Part shown: positions 50,399 through 59,955 of the stretch, in pieces
Layout of the letters: each line of letters begins with the position of its first letter
Numbering within the stretch: position 1 is the first letter of the stretch
Assembly (NCBI GenBank): GCA_963717435.1
Contig: OY970332.1
Span: forward strand, 64,001-128,000
Reading direction: 5' to 3'
Length of the DNA stretch: 64,000 nt
Source of the DNA: an uncultured bacterium
Lineage (GTDB): Bacteria; Babelota; Babeliae; Babelales; Babelaceae
Made by a program: the position numbers and the translations under genes
Notes under the pieces: model-generated
Databases searched by the model: none
What the model saw: only the letters and a program-made list of their open reading frames with translations
Told to the model about the DNA's origin: nothing

Positions 50399-51628
50399 TC
50401 ATAGACCAATAAACCTAAAAATTTTAAGATCTGTTATGGGCTTTCCAAAGACTTCTCCCAAATTATTTAATCTATAAATTGGTCTTGATGTTAACAAATC
50501 TTGAGTCTTATTTACGCCCTTATAGACTTTTAAGAGCGGTATAGTTTGCACCTTACCAAAACCCACACCATAACCCGCGGCTTCTATAATAATATTTCTT
50601 TCAGGATCCAAAATTACAAAAACATGCCCGGTATAGCAGGCGATATCGCCTCGGTTTATTTTTTCACCAGACTTAACTTGATGTATTTTTGACATCATTA
50701 GAGTTGCTGTATTTTTATAATAATATTTAATTCCAGCAAGTTGTGCCGCACGTAAAACTAAATTTGAGCAATCAAATCCACTATGCGGCTTTTGAATAGA
50801 GTTTTTACAAATTCTTTTCCAAAATGTAATATCCGGTGAAGATTCAGATAGCTCGACTTTATCTTCCAAATAAAATTCTCTAAAACTATTTCCTCCCCAT
50901 AATATGGGATAAACAAGTTACTATCATCATCGAATTTATTGGACCACTTTAATAATATTTCTATAAAATTATTGATTTTCCCATTTTCTGTATCAGCAAA
51001 TTTTGTTATGCAGATATTTTTGGGGACTCTTGAAAGAATTACTTCAAAGTTGCCATCACTTGTTCTGTTTAAAAATTTAATACCAAATTTATTTCTAGAA
51101 TCTAATTTTGGCTCTCTTACAAATTTTGTGCCAGCAGAAAAAGTTATTTTTGTTTTCGGATTCTTTCCAATAGAAATCCAGTAGTAACTGATCCTTAATA
51201 TTTGTTATCTCAGGATCGGGAATTAAAGATAAATCTATTCCAGCGTTTTTTAATTCCTGAAGAGATATTAGATTTTTTTTAAGTGTGCAAAACCCAGACA
51301 GATCATTGCCACTATCATCTTTATAAATAGCATTACCTACATTAAATTCCATTTCTAGAGGATGATCTTTTTTTTTGGTAACTACTTCATTTATAAGTAA
51401 TTGGTTAATTCGTGGACAATACTTGAGCAGCCTATGCATAGAATATGGGCAAGAATCATAGACTATCTCTGCAGAAACGGGTAAATCATATGCTACTATT
51501 GGCTTCATGGTCGCATCACAGATTGGAACAGCCACCCAATATTTATCAGATAGATCTATATTATCCCAGGCCCCAGAAAATAAGTTAAAAAATTTTAATA
51601 ATAAAAAAATAGAAAAAAACTTGTTCAC
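50399..51628 (-). pseudogene. Secreted NlpC/P60 peptidase split by two compensating frameshifts
   Basis: Signal peptide at 51628; +1 shift near 51165, open middle frame to IPY, -1 shift near 50901 restoring WGG; catalytic GFDCS and GH motifs in the 3' ORF. Confidence 0.8.
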
Positions 51629-51907
51629 ATTGATCCCCTTTTTTACCAGAATCGTGCTAAATTTATAAATATAATTTTTACAATGTCACGATTCTATACG
51701 ATTTGTCCCTAAAAACAAAGTATCAAATTAGAACCATAAATATCAAGATAAAATCTTAAAAAATAGTTATTAAAAAATATAGATAATATAACTGGAAATA
51801 ATGGATAATAATGGTTTTTTGCCTAAAACTGATTATTTCTGTATAATCTGATATTTGTAAAAGATTTATAAACAAATACAAATAATTCTTTCTAGGAGAA
51901 TAATTAC

Positions 51908-53308
51908 ATGGTAAGTCAGATAGTCAAAGTTTTCTATCCGGATTTAAATAATAAAGAAGTCAGAAAGTTTGGACTTCTTTCAATAGCGTTCTTTTTCACA
52001 ATTGGCGCTTACTGGATGCTTCGTTTATTAAAAGATACAGTTTTTTTCAAAATAGCTTTCCCTGAATCACTGGGCTGGGCACCCCACCAAGGTGGATTGT
52101 TCCAACCAATTGCGAAAACATGGTCAGTTGTTGTTGTTATAGCACTTGTATTTATCTATTCAAAACTAGTTGATTTGTTCGAAAAGCATAAGCTGTTTTA
52201 TATAATCTGCAGCTTTTATGGCTTGATATTTTCTTCAATTGCGGGCCTATTGCTTTATAGAGATTTTTATGGCGACGTAGCTATTGGCCGTACAGCAATG
52301 GCGGGACTTGGCTGGGTTTCATATTTTGCAATAGAATCTTTCGGTTCTATAGTAGTTGCACTATTCTGGTCATTCGTTGCTAGTATAACAGATTCAGATT
52401 CAGCAAAACGCGGTTATCCGTTTATTGTTGCCGGCGCCCAAATTGGTAGTATCGGTGGATCTGCGCTAACTATGTTTGCAGAACAACTTGGCGGTATTTG
52501 GAGACTATTTGCTCTTTCAAGTATTTTCGTTTTCACAATCATGGCTATTATTTATTACTTCATGCTAACAACCCCAGCTGATCAATTGATTGGTAATGTT
52601 AAGGCCGCTGAAACAGCTAAGAAAAAAGAAGGCTTCATAGAAGGCTTTGTTTCTGGTATCACACTACTATTTACAAGATCTTATCTTATTGGGATCTTTG
52701 TAGTTTCAACATTCTACGAAGTTGTAGGAACAATCGTTGACTATCAAATGAAACGTCAAGCTTCTGCTCTTCCTGAATTTGCAACCGAAACAGGTTTTGC
52801 AAAATTCATGGGAATGTTTGGTGTTGCTTCTAACGGACTTGCATTCTTAATGGCACTTCTTGGAACAAGCTACTTAATCAAACGTTTTGGTCTAACATTC
52901 TGCTTGCTTGTTTACCCTCTATGTTTGGGCGGCGCAATGACCTTGCTTTATATGTTCTTTAAGCTTGGCGCTCCATCAGCATCTGCTCTTCTTTGGGCAA
53001 CATTTGGAGTTATGATGATCGCTAAGGGCTTAAGCTATGCTGTTAATAACCCAACAAAAGAAATGATGTACATCCCAACTAGCAAAGATGCTAAATTTAA
53101 GGCTAAGGGTTGGACAGATATGTTTGGTGGCAGACTTGCAAAAGCTGGCGGATCTCAAATCACAGATGCGTTTAAGCACAACCTAACAGACTTAATGTCA
53201 TACGGTACAGCTGTCGGTCTTGGATTGATCACAGTTTGGTCAACTGTTGCATTATTTGTTGGTAGAAAAAATGCCCAACTTATTAAAGAAAACAAAATTG
53301 TTAGCTAA
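51908..53308 (+). CDS. tlc: ATP/ADP translocase (NTT/Tlc family nucleotide transporter)
   Basis: LRLLKD, LFW.F, AKRGYP, YAVNNPTKEMMYIP, KFKAKGW.D.FGGRLAKAGG. Confidence 0.92.
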   Translation: MVSQIVKVFYPDLNNKEVRKFGLLSIAFFFTIGAYWMLRLLKDTVFFKIAFPESLGWAPHQGGLFQPIAKTWSVVVVIALVFIYSKLVDLFEKHKLFYIICSFYGLIFSSIAGLLLYRDFYGDVAIGRTAMAGLGWVSYFAIESFGSIVVALFWSFVASITDSDSAKRGYPFIVAGAQIGSIGGSALTMFAEQLGGIWRLFALSSIFVFTIMAIIYYFMLTTPADQLIGNVKAAETAKKKEGFIEGFVSGITLLFTRSYLIGIFVVSTFYEVVGTIVDYQMKRQASALPEFATETGFAKFMGMFGVASNGLAFLMALLGTSYLIKRFGLTFCLLVYPLCLGGAMTLLYMFFKLGAPSASALLWATFGVMMIAKGLSYAVNNPTKEMMYIPTSKDAKFKAKGWTDMFGGRLAKAGGSQITDAFKHNLTDLMSYGTAVGLGLITVWSTVALFVGRKNAQLIKENKIVS

Positions 53309-53336
53309 TTAATTTTTAGTTAATAAATTAAATTTG

Positions 53337-53367
53337 GGGACCGAGTTAAAACTCGGTCCCTTTTTTT
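53337..53367 (+). terminator. Intrinsic terminator after tlc
   Basis: GGGACCGAGTT/AACTCGGTCCC plus T7. Confidence 0.88.
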
Positions 53368-53434
53368 GTTATATTTTCAAAAAAAATATTGTTAAAATTA
53401 AATCGACTTAATTCTTTTAATTTAATTTTAGGAG

Positions 53435-54445
53435 ATGGGATATTTGATGCTTAAAATAAAACAGTTTTTTAAAGCAATTATTATTACAATTTTAATTTCA
53501 AGCCCTATATGCGCAACAAAAAATAAAAAACGTAATTTAATAAGAATGCAAGAATTAGCACAAAGGCAAAATGACGAGTATGTTTTTAATTTTATCAAAA
53601 GTAACTGCATCGCAAGCGGCTATCTGCAACATTTTACTAGATCTGAGATCAACGATAATGGCTATCCCAAAGTTAATGCAAAAGTCTTATTAAAATGCAT
53701 GACTGAATTTATGGATGAAAAAGAAAGAGAATTCTGGTATGAAAAACTTTCTAATAAACTCAAAAACGAGCTTGAATGTTTACTATATAATAAGGATAAT
53801 TTTGAAAACCTAGACCTAATATTGCCCATACTATATAAAAATAATAATAAGAAATTTAAATTAAAGTTATTTCAAAAAATAAATTCTCTTGATTGCATAA
53901 AAATCAACCCCACCATTATTGAAATTATAGCCAAACTTAGGGCACAAGATCTTAGCTGTTTTAATGACAACATGAAAATGGTAAAAATTAATTTTGATGG
54001 AACAAAACATATTGGAATTACAAAAAATGGCGAAGTTAATTTATTCCTTTCAAGTCTTTATTCATCAGATATTTATGGAGAAAATGAATTATTAAGAACG
54101 ATAAAAACAGATGATAAAAGACATATAAAATTTGCAGATTTGATGCCAGACAACAAAGTAGTTGCCATTGTAGTTGATAAGAAAATCTTGGAATTTTACG
54201 ACGTAGAAACCGGGGACTTGCTGCAAACATTAAAGTTTGATGATGAAATAACTTTCTTTGGTCTAAATAACTATGGATCATTACTGGGAGTGGTAACGGG
54301 AGAAAAAGCTTTTATTTACAGAAGAGATTTTACTTTTTTGGAGATGGTAAATGTAATAAAGCCACGCAAACCCTCAGAGAGTGAGTTGCGTTTATTAAAA
54401 ACACTTAGAAATGAACTGGCAGCTTTTGACGATAATAATTCATAA
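53435..54445 (+). CDS. Secreted protein with C-terminal WD40-like blades
   Basis: Signal peptide; LEFYDVETGDLLQTL...NNYGSLLGVVTG. Confidence 0.7.
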   Translation: MGYLMLKIKQFFKAIIITILISSPICATKNKKRNLIRMQELAQRQNDEYVFNFIKSNCIASGYLQHFTRSEINDNGYPKVNAKVLLKCMTEFMDEKEREFWYEKLSNKLKNELECLLYNKDNFENLDLILPILYKNNNKKFKLKLFQKINSLDCIKINPTIIEIIAKLRAQDLSCFNDNMKMVKINFDGTKHIGITKNGEVNLFLSSLYSSDIYGENELLRTIKTDDKRHIKFADLMPDNKVVAIVVDKKILEFYDVETGDLLQTLKFDDEITFFGLNNYGSLLGVVTGEKAFIYRRDFTFLEMVNVIKPRKPSESELRLLKTLRNELAAFDDNNS

Positions 54446-54559
54446 GAAAATATTTTTCTGTAAAAAATTCGATCCCCTTTTTTATTGTTAATAATCACTA
54501 AATATTTTAAAATTATTGATATTAAATTTTAACAACGAAATAAACGAATTAATTCTTTT

Positions 54560-55351
54560 ATGACAAAATTAAAAATATTTCTTTTATTAACTTTATCTTT
54601 TATTTACAGATCAATATATTCTATGGAAGCAAAAATGCTAATACTATGGCATAACGAAAGGTCGAGAGATGCAGAGAATGCGGCATTCATGAGAACTATT
54701 GGGGCAAGAGAAGAAACCTTAGTGGAATATGCCAGTATAAGAATTAAGCCGGAATTGTATAAGCGAATTCCGGGGGACCATAAAAATTTCCCCTTTCATA
54801 ACGACGAATATCACGATGTAATTGATGGGATATCTTTTAATTCTGACGATACGTTACTCGTAGAATTTCTTAACAAAGAAGAAAACGTATCCATACTTCA
54901 TTTTTGGTTCATGGATATCGATAATAATGCAATAAAATTCTGGGATGATATGCAAACAAAAGTGAATCATGTATTAATGGGCAATTTGGATAAGCAAACG
55001 ACGCTAAGCTATGTATTTAATAGAAAATCGTTTGGAGCGATTGCACCGTGTGAAGAAGGGCTATATACAGAAGAATCTAGAGCTGATGAAAATAAAAAAT
55101 TTTTTCTAGCCAATAATAAAATATATTTAACCACGCCACGCAAAGATTTTCTAGAGATTCGGGAGTCCGAAACTAATAAGTTATTATATTCTTCTCAGGT
55201 CCATAAGAATATTTGCAACATAGCCATAAACAAAAGTGGTACATTGTTTGCAGTTTCAACAGGCAAAACTGTTTATATTTTTAAAACAGCACTTGAAATT
55301 GTTAAAAACTGGGATATTCAAAAGATTAATTCTGAAATTTTAGAAAAATAG
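54560..55351 (+). CDS. Secreted protein with WD40-like blades
   Basis: Signal ending IYS-MEA; ISFNSDDTLL; AINKSGTLFAVSTG. Confidence 0.7.
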   Translation: MTKLKIFLLLTLSFIYRSIYSMEAKMLILWHNERSRDAENAAFMRTIGAREETLVEYASIRIKPELYKRIPGDHKNFPFHNDEYHDVIDGISFNSDDTLLVEFLNKEENVSILHFWFMDIDNNAIKFWDDMQTKVNHVLMGNLDKQTTLSYVFNRKSFGAIAPCEEGLYTEESRADENKKFFLANNKIYLTTPRKDFLEIRESETNKLLYSSQVHKNICNIAINKSGTLFAVSTGKTVYIFKTALEIVKNWDIQKINSEILEK

Positions 55352-55372
55352 TTTTTGTTTTCGAAAGCTTAT

Positions 55373-56449
55373 ATGTCAAAACTCAACATATTTTTAATAT
55401 TTTTTCTAGTTTTTACATCTACTTCTGCTATGGAAAATAGTGATAGCTCTAGAGACGATAATGATTTAAATAAATCTGAAATATTAAACTATATTATTAA
55501 TGATTTAATAATATCCACAGGTCTATTTAGTGAATACGATAAAATTACGATGACTTGCGCTGAAGATGTTAAACAAAAAAAAATTGCTTTCGCTTATAAT
55601 AATATAAAAGATATTTTGATTGATATTCAAAAAGATAAAAATCTATTAAAGAAATTTGACTCGAAATCTTATTGGTCCCGAGGTAGCTTTATAGATATTA
55701 TAGAATATGTTTATTCAACTAAGCTTTGGAATTTTTACCGACCAGAACTTTATAAAAAAATTATACATGAAGCATCAATAAAAGATTTATGGTTTGAAGA
55801 AGACCATAAATTACCTTATGAAGGCAAAGTGGTCAGTTGTAAGAAAATTAAAATTAATTTTCGGTTTTCTTACGCAGAATGGGATATTAATAATGGACGA
55901 TCTGAATTTTTTGAAAATCCTTGTAAAAATAAAGACTTAATTATTATTAATCCGGGAGTGCTAAATATAATAGAATTGGCAATAGATTATATTGAAGATA
56001 AAACGGTTTATTTTAAAAAAGATCCATTATCGCAATTTAAAGGATCTGAAAAATTAGTTCATGAAGAGACGGTCAGGTCAGCAAAATTCAGTCCAGATAA
56101 ATCTAAAATTATTATTTGCACTGAATATTTCATATATATTTGGGATACATGGACAAGTAAATTAATTAAAAAATTAGCTTTGAATTTTGTGGGTAAAGAT
56201 GGTGGATATTTTAGGGATGCCCAAATAACTCCTTGCGGGAAAATATTAATAGTAAATTCAAAAAAATTTGTAAAAATTATAGATATTGAAAAAGAAGAGA
56301 TATTACAAACAATAGAATTTGATTCGTTAGTAAAAAAATTAGCGCTCGATAGAGAAGGAACCCATTTGGCAATTTTTGTTGGACAAAATATATATATTCT
56401 TAAAACTGCGTTTGAGCAGCTCAGAAAAAGTCTGGGATATTATGCTTAA
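55373..56449 (+). CDS. Secreted WD40-repeat protein
   Basis: Signal ending TSA-MEN; HEETVRSAKFSPDKSKII..IYIWD. Confidence 0.78.
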   Translation: MSKLNIFLIFFLVFTSTSAMENSDSSRDDNDLNKSEILNYIINDLIISTGLFSEYDKITMTCAEDVKQKKIAFAYNNIKDILIDIQKDKNLLKKFDSKSYWSRGSFIDIIEYVYSTKLWNFYRPELYKKIIHEASIKDLWFEEDHKLPYEGKVVSCKKIKINFRFSYAEWDINNGRSEFFENPCKNKDLIIINPGVLNIIELAIDYIEDKTVYFKKDPLSQFKGSEKLVHEETVRSAKFSPDKSKIIICTEYFIYIWDTWTSKLIKKLALNFVGKDGGYFRDAQITPCGKILIVNSKKFVKIIDIEKEEILQTIEFDSLVKKLALDREGTHLAIFVGQNIYILKTAFEQLRKSLGYYA

Positions 56450-56532
56450 AATAGAAAAATTCTTAAACAAGTTTTATAATATAAATATAAAAAATTTAGA
56501 GTTCGTGATGAAAAGATTATAACGTAAAACTT

Positions 56533-57519
56533 ATGGGAAAAAAAATGCTTCACGAAAATTTATTAAAAGCAATAGGCGACACGCCACTAGTTAAAGTTAA
56601 TTTTGAAACACCAGCAAATATTTATGCAAAATTAGAATATTTAAATCCGGGCGGAAGTGTAAAGGACAGATCTGCTTTATTTATGATCGAAGAAGCAGAA
56701 CAAAACGGCACTCTAAAACCGGGCGGGACCATTATAGATGCGTCTTCTGGAAATCAAGGTATCGCGGTTGCCATGATCGGGGCGATTAAGGGCTATAAAG
56801 TTATAATTACTGTTTCAGAAAAAATCAGTAAAGAAAAAATGGATACCTTAAGAGCATATGGCGCCCAAATTGTAATTTGTCCAGCAACAGATTTGGTAAC
56901 AGATTATGATAGTTATCACAGCCAAGCGGTTAGAATACAGCAAAGCACTCCTAACTCTTTTATGCCAAACCAGTACTATAATTTATCAAACGCAAAAGCG
57001 CATTATACTTTGCTCGGGCCTGAGATTTGGAGACAAACAAATGGCAAAATTACGCACTTTTTTGCAGCTGCAGGAACAGGCGGAACAGTAAGTGGCGCAG
57101 GAAAATATTTAAAAGAACAAAACCCAAATATCAAAGTTCTTGCTGTTGATTCTATTAATTCTTTTAGATCAACAAATGGCAACCCAAAGCCATATAAGTT
57201 AGAGGGCATAGGCGTAGACTTCGATTCTGCAGTTTTGAACAAATCTATTATTGACGAATTCTTGCCGGTTGACGATGACAGTTCTATCGATATGCTAAAA
57301 AACTTGGCATGTAAGCATGGGTTACTTGTCGGCCCAAGCAGCGGCGCGGTTGCAAGAGCTGTAAATCAGTATGCAAAAACCATGGCTCCCGGTGATTTAG
57401 GGGTTATGATTTTTGGCGACTCTGGCCGTGCATATTTAACAAAAAATTTCTATGCGACTGAAAGTAATGCTATCCCAAGTTATGTTGCTAAGCCTAAATA
57501 TGTAGAGAAAGAAATTTAA
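56533..57519 (+). CDS. Cysteine synthase / cystathionine beta-synthase family PLP enzyme
   Basis: KLEYLNPGGSVKDR, SSGNQG, GTGGT, GPSSG. Confidence 0.92.
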   Translation: MGKKMLHENLLKAIGDTPLVKVNFETPANIYAKLEYLNPGGSVKDRSALFMIEEAEQNGTLKPGGTIIDASSGNQGIAVAMIGAIKGYKVIITVSEKISKEKMDTLRAYGAQIVICPATDLVTDYDSYHSQAVRIQQSTPNSFMPNQYYNLSNAKAHYTLLGPEIWRQTNGKITHFFAAAGTGGTVSGAGKYLKEQNPNIKVLAVDSINSFRSTNGNPKPYKLEGIGVDFDSAVLNKSIIDEFLPVDDDSSIDMLKNLACKHGLLVGPSSGAVARAVNQYAKTMAPGDLGVMIFGDSGRAYLTKNFYATESNAIPSYVAKPKYVEKEI

Positions 57520-57581
57520 ATAAATATAGTTCGAGCGGGGCTTAAAAAATAAACGTAAAAATAAAACAGGAGAGTAAGTTT

Positions 57582-58106
57582 ATGAATCCAAAAATAGTTA
57601 TTCTTGTTGTGGCCGGAAAAGATTTCCAACCGGTAGAATACCACGATACATTAAAAGCTTTAAAAGAAGACGGAGTAAAAGTTTTAACGGCAAGTAATGC
57701 ACGTGACACGGCAGTATCGTCTAAGGGCGATCCAGTTAATGTCGATATTACTATAGATAAAATTACCCCAGACATGTATGACGGAATTTACTTAATTGGC
57801 GGGCCAGGAGCGCTTGAGCATTTGGATAATCCCAATATGTATTTTGTTTTGGAAGAAGCAAAAAAACATAATAAATCTTACGGCGCAATCTGCATATCGC
57901 CAAGAATTTTGGCAAAAGCAAGAGTTTTAGAAAATCATAAAGCTACTGGCTGGAACGAAGATAATAAAATCGAAGAAGTTTTCAAAACTTATAATGTAAC
58001 TTATTTAAAACAGCCAGTAGTTTCTAATGGCAGAGTTATTACAGCCGATGGCCCAAGAGCTGCATTAAGTTTCGGCCACGAAATTGCTAATACTATAAAA
58101 AAGTAG
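57582..58106 (+). CDS. DJ-1/PfpI family protein
   Basis: FQPVEY, YDG...IGGPG, GAICISP, VITADGP. Confidence 0.9.
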   Translation: MNPKIVILVVAGKDFQPVEYHDTLKALKEDGVKVLTASNARDTAVSSKGDPVNVDITIDKITPDMYDGIYLIGGPGALEHLDNPNMYFVLEEAKKHNKSYGAICISPRILAKARVLENHKATGWNEDNKIEEVFKTYNVTYLKQPVVSNGRVITADGPRAALSFGHEIANTIKK

Positions 58107-58120
58107 TTTTTTTGGCGTGA

Positions 58121-58170
58121 GCCCTGCGAAGCTTGCCGAGCCCGTAGGCCCGGATAAGCGTAGCACGGGC
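58121..58170 (-). repeat. Family B hairpin element, copy 3, with nested extra hairpin (in ghost 3' end of pfpI)
   Basis: Minus strand GCCCGTGCTACGCTT[ATCCGGGCCTACGGGCTCGGC]AAGCTTCGCAGGGC. Confidence 0.8.
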
Positions 58171-58217
58171 CACGAAATTGCAAGAGTGCTTAAAAAATAA
58201 CTTAAAGGATTTTTTAC

Positions 58218-59198
58218 TTGAAAAACAATATGCGCAAAAACCTAATTCTTTGCTTATTTATAACGGCAAATTCTTACTGTATGGATGTTGAACCTGAAAA
58301 AGAAGATGTAGTAATTCAAGAAACAAAAATGGATAAATCTTTAGTAAAAGATTACATTTCTTTAGTAAAAAGCGAAATGCACTATTTCACTCAAAAATTT
58401 GGCTTTATGTCTTTTACAAAAAATAAAAAGCTGTTCGGCTCATTTTGGGCAGGCCGAAGCGTCTTTAATCAGGTTTTTTCAGGCGATAATAATATTGATG
58501 AAGAGACTGTCAAATTGATGAAGCAAATAAAATGGGCATATACATGGGGTGTTATAGAGTCTCAAAAATCACAATCTTTAGAGTCATGCTTAAAAAAACA
58601 TGATTTTATAAAATCATGTTCATGGAACATTATGGCAAAAAAAATAGAATCGAATCATTTTACAAGCTCATTGAAAGATAATCTAGAAATAAAAAGAGTA
58701 TTAAGCCTCGAAACTATCACTGATCTTAAAAAAGTTCTTGAAAATAAGATAGATAGCGATTTTATGGACGCCCTTTCTTCAAATTTTGATCCAAGCGAAA
58801 TAAATCAAAATGACCTTACGCAAGTATATCTAGGTTATCATAGAGACCTTCCGACTTTACCAAGAATAACTGCAAGTATCACTATAAATCCAGGAAATAC
58901 TGCTTTTATAGGGAGTTTATTTTATGAAAAAACTACAGATGATCAATTTAAAGAATTTATTAATTTTTTGACAATGATCGCCGAAAATCACAGCTGTAGA
59001 CAAATAATCATCGAAGAATGTAACTCATCAATAAAAGAATTATTAAAAGAGTTGGGATTTATCAAAATTGGTCAGTTAAATATTTACGCTACACAACCTT
59101 CAATTGAAATCATGAAGGAAGAGTCAAAAAAAATAATTGAACAAATTAGGGAAAAAAAATCTAGAAAATATCGCCATGTAGAATGCAGTGTAGTGTAA
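58218..59198 (+). CDS. Secreted degenerate GNAT-like protein with C-terminal CaaX motif
   Basis: Signal ending SYC-MDV; collinear similarity to the downstream GNAT; ends KKSRKYRHVECSVV. Confidence 0.7.
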   Translation: MKNNMRKNLILCLFITANSYCMDVEPEKEDVVIQETKMDKSLVKDYISLVKSEMHYFTQKFGFMSFTKNKKLFGSFWAGRSVFNQVFSGDNNIDEETVKLMKQIKWAYTWGVIESQKSQSLESCLKKHDFIKSCSWNIMAKKIESNHFTSSLKDNLEIKRVLSLETITDLKKVLENKIDSDFMDALSSNFDPSEINQNDLTQVYLGYHRDLPTLPRITASITINPGNTAFIGSLFYEKTTDDQFKEFINFLTMIAENHSCRQIIIEECNSSIKELLKELGFIKIGQLNIYATQPSIEIMKEESKKIIEQIREKKSRKYRHVECSVV

Positions 59199-59222
59199 TA
59201 ATTAATCATATAAGAAGTAAAT

Positions 59223-59954
59223 ATGTTATCAAAAATTATGTTTCTTAAATATATTCTTTATATGGATTTTGGTGGAATAGCCTCGTATGATCACAAAACG
59301 GAAAACTGTTTTGCTGTAAAAACAGAAAGTATTTTAAGACCTTGCAATAGAGTTTTTAATCAGTCAAAAATAACTGATGAAGAAATTATCGATATTATTT
59401 CTTATTTTGATAAAACTCCATTCAGTTGGCTTGTTGAAGCATCTGATACAGAAACTTCAAAAAAATTAGAACAACATGGATTAAAATATTTTGCTGATTT
59501 TCCAGCAATGATTTTAGATTTGGCGAAAATCAAAACCATAAAATATAAAAAAGAAATCGAGATAAAAGAGATAAGCAAAATTGATTTGCCAACATGGATT
59601 AAAATAGTATCTACTAGCTACAATTCTCAAGAACTGGAAGTTAAAAAAGCAATTTTAAATTTAATTAATAAAGGCAAAAATAACTTAAAATTTTATTTAG
59701 GATTTTTTGACGATAAACCAGCAGCTGCAAGTATGGTCATAGAACATCTTGATACAATTAGTATTCACATGGTAGCAACTTTACCCGAGTACAGGAATCA
59801 AGGTCTTGGTTCAGCCATAACTAACAAATCTTTGTTAGATGCTAAAGAAAAAAATTATAAAAAAGCAATTTTGCTTTCTTCTCAAATGGGTTATCAAATG
59901 TATAAGAATATGGGCTTTGAAGATCTTGTTTCATTTAAAATTTATTGTGGATAA
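59223..59954 (+). CDS. GNAT family N-acetyltransferase
   Basis: VATLPEYRNQGLG acetyl-CoA motif A, YKNMGF. Confidence 0.9.
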   Translation: MLSKIMFLKYILYMDFGGIASYDHKTENCFAVKTESILRPCNRVFNQSKITDEEIIDIISYFDKTPFSWLVEASDTETSKKLEQHGLKYFADFPAMILDLAKIKTIKYKKEIEIKEISKIDLPTWIKIVSTSYNSQELEVKKAILNLINKGKNNLKFYLGFFDDKPAAASMVIEHLDTISIHMVATLPEYRNQGLGSAITNKSLLDAKEKNYKKAILLSSQMGYQMYKNMGFEDLVSFKIYCG

Positions 59955-59955
59955 A

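Noticed and set aside
57531-57542. TCGAGCGGGGCT resembling the 3' end of element A
   Set aside because: Only 7 nt match (CGAGCGG) and there is no 5' arm.
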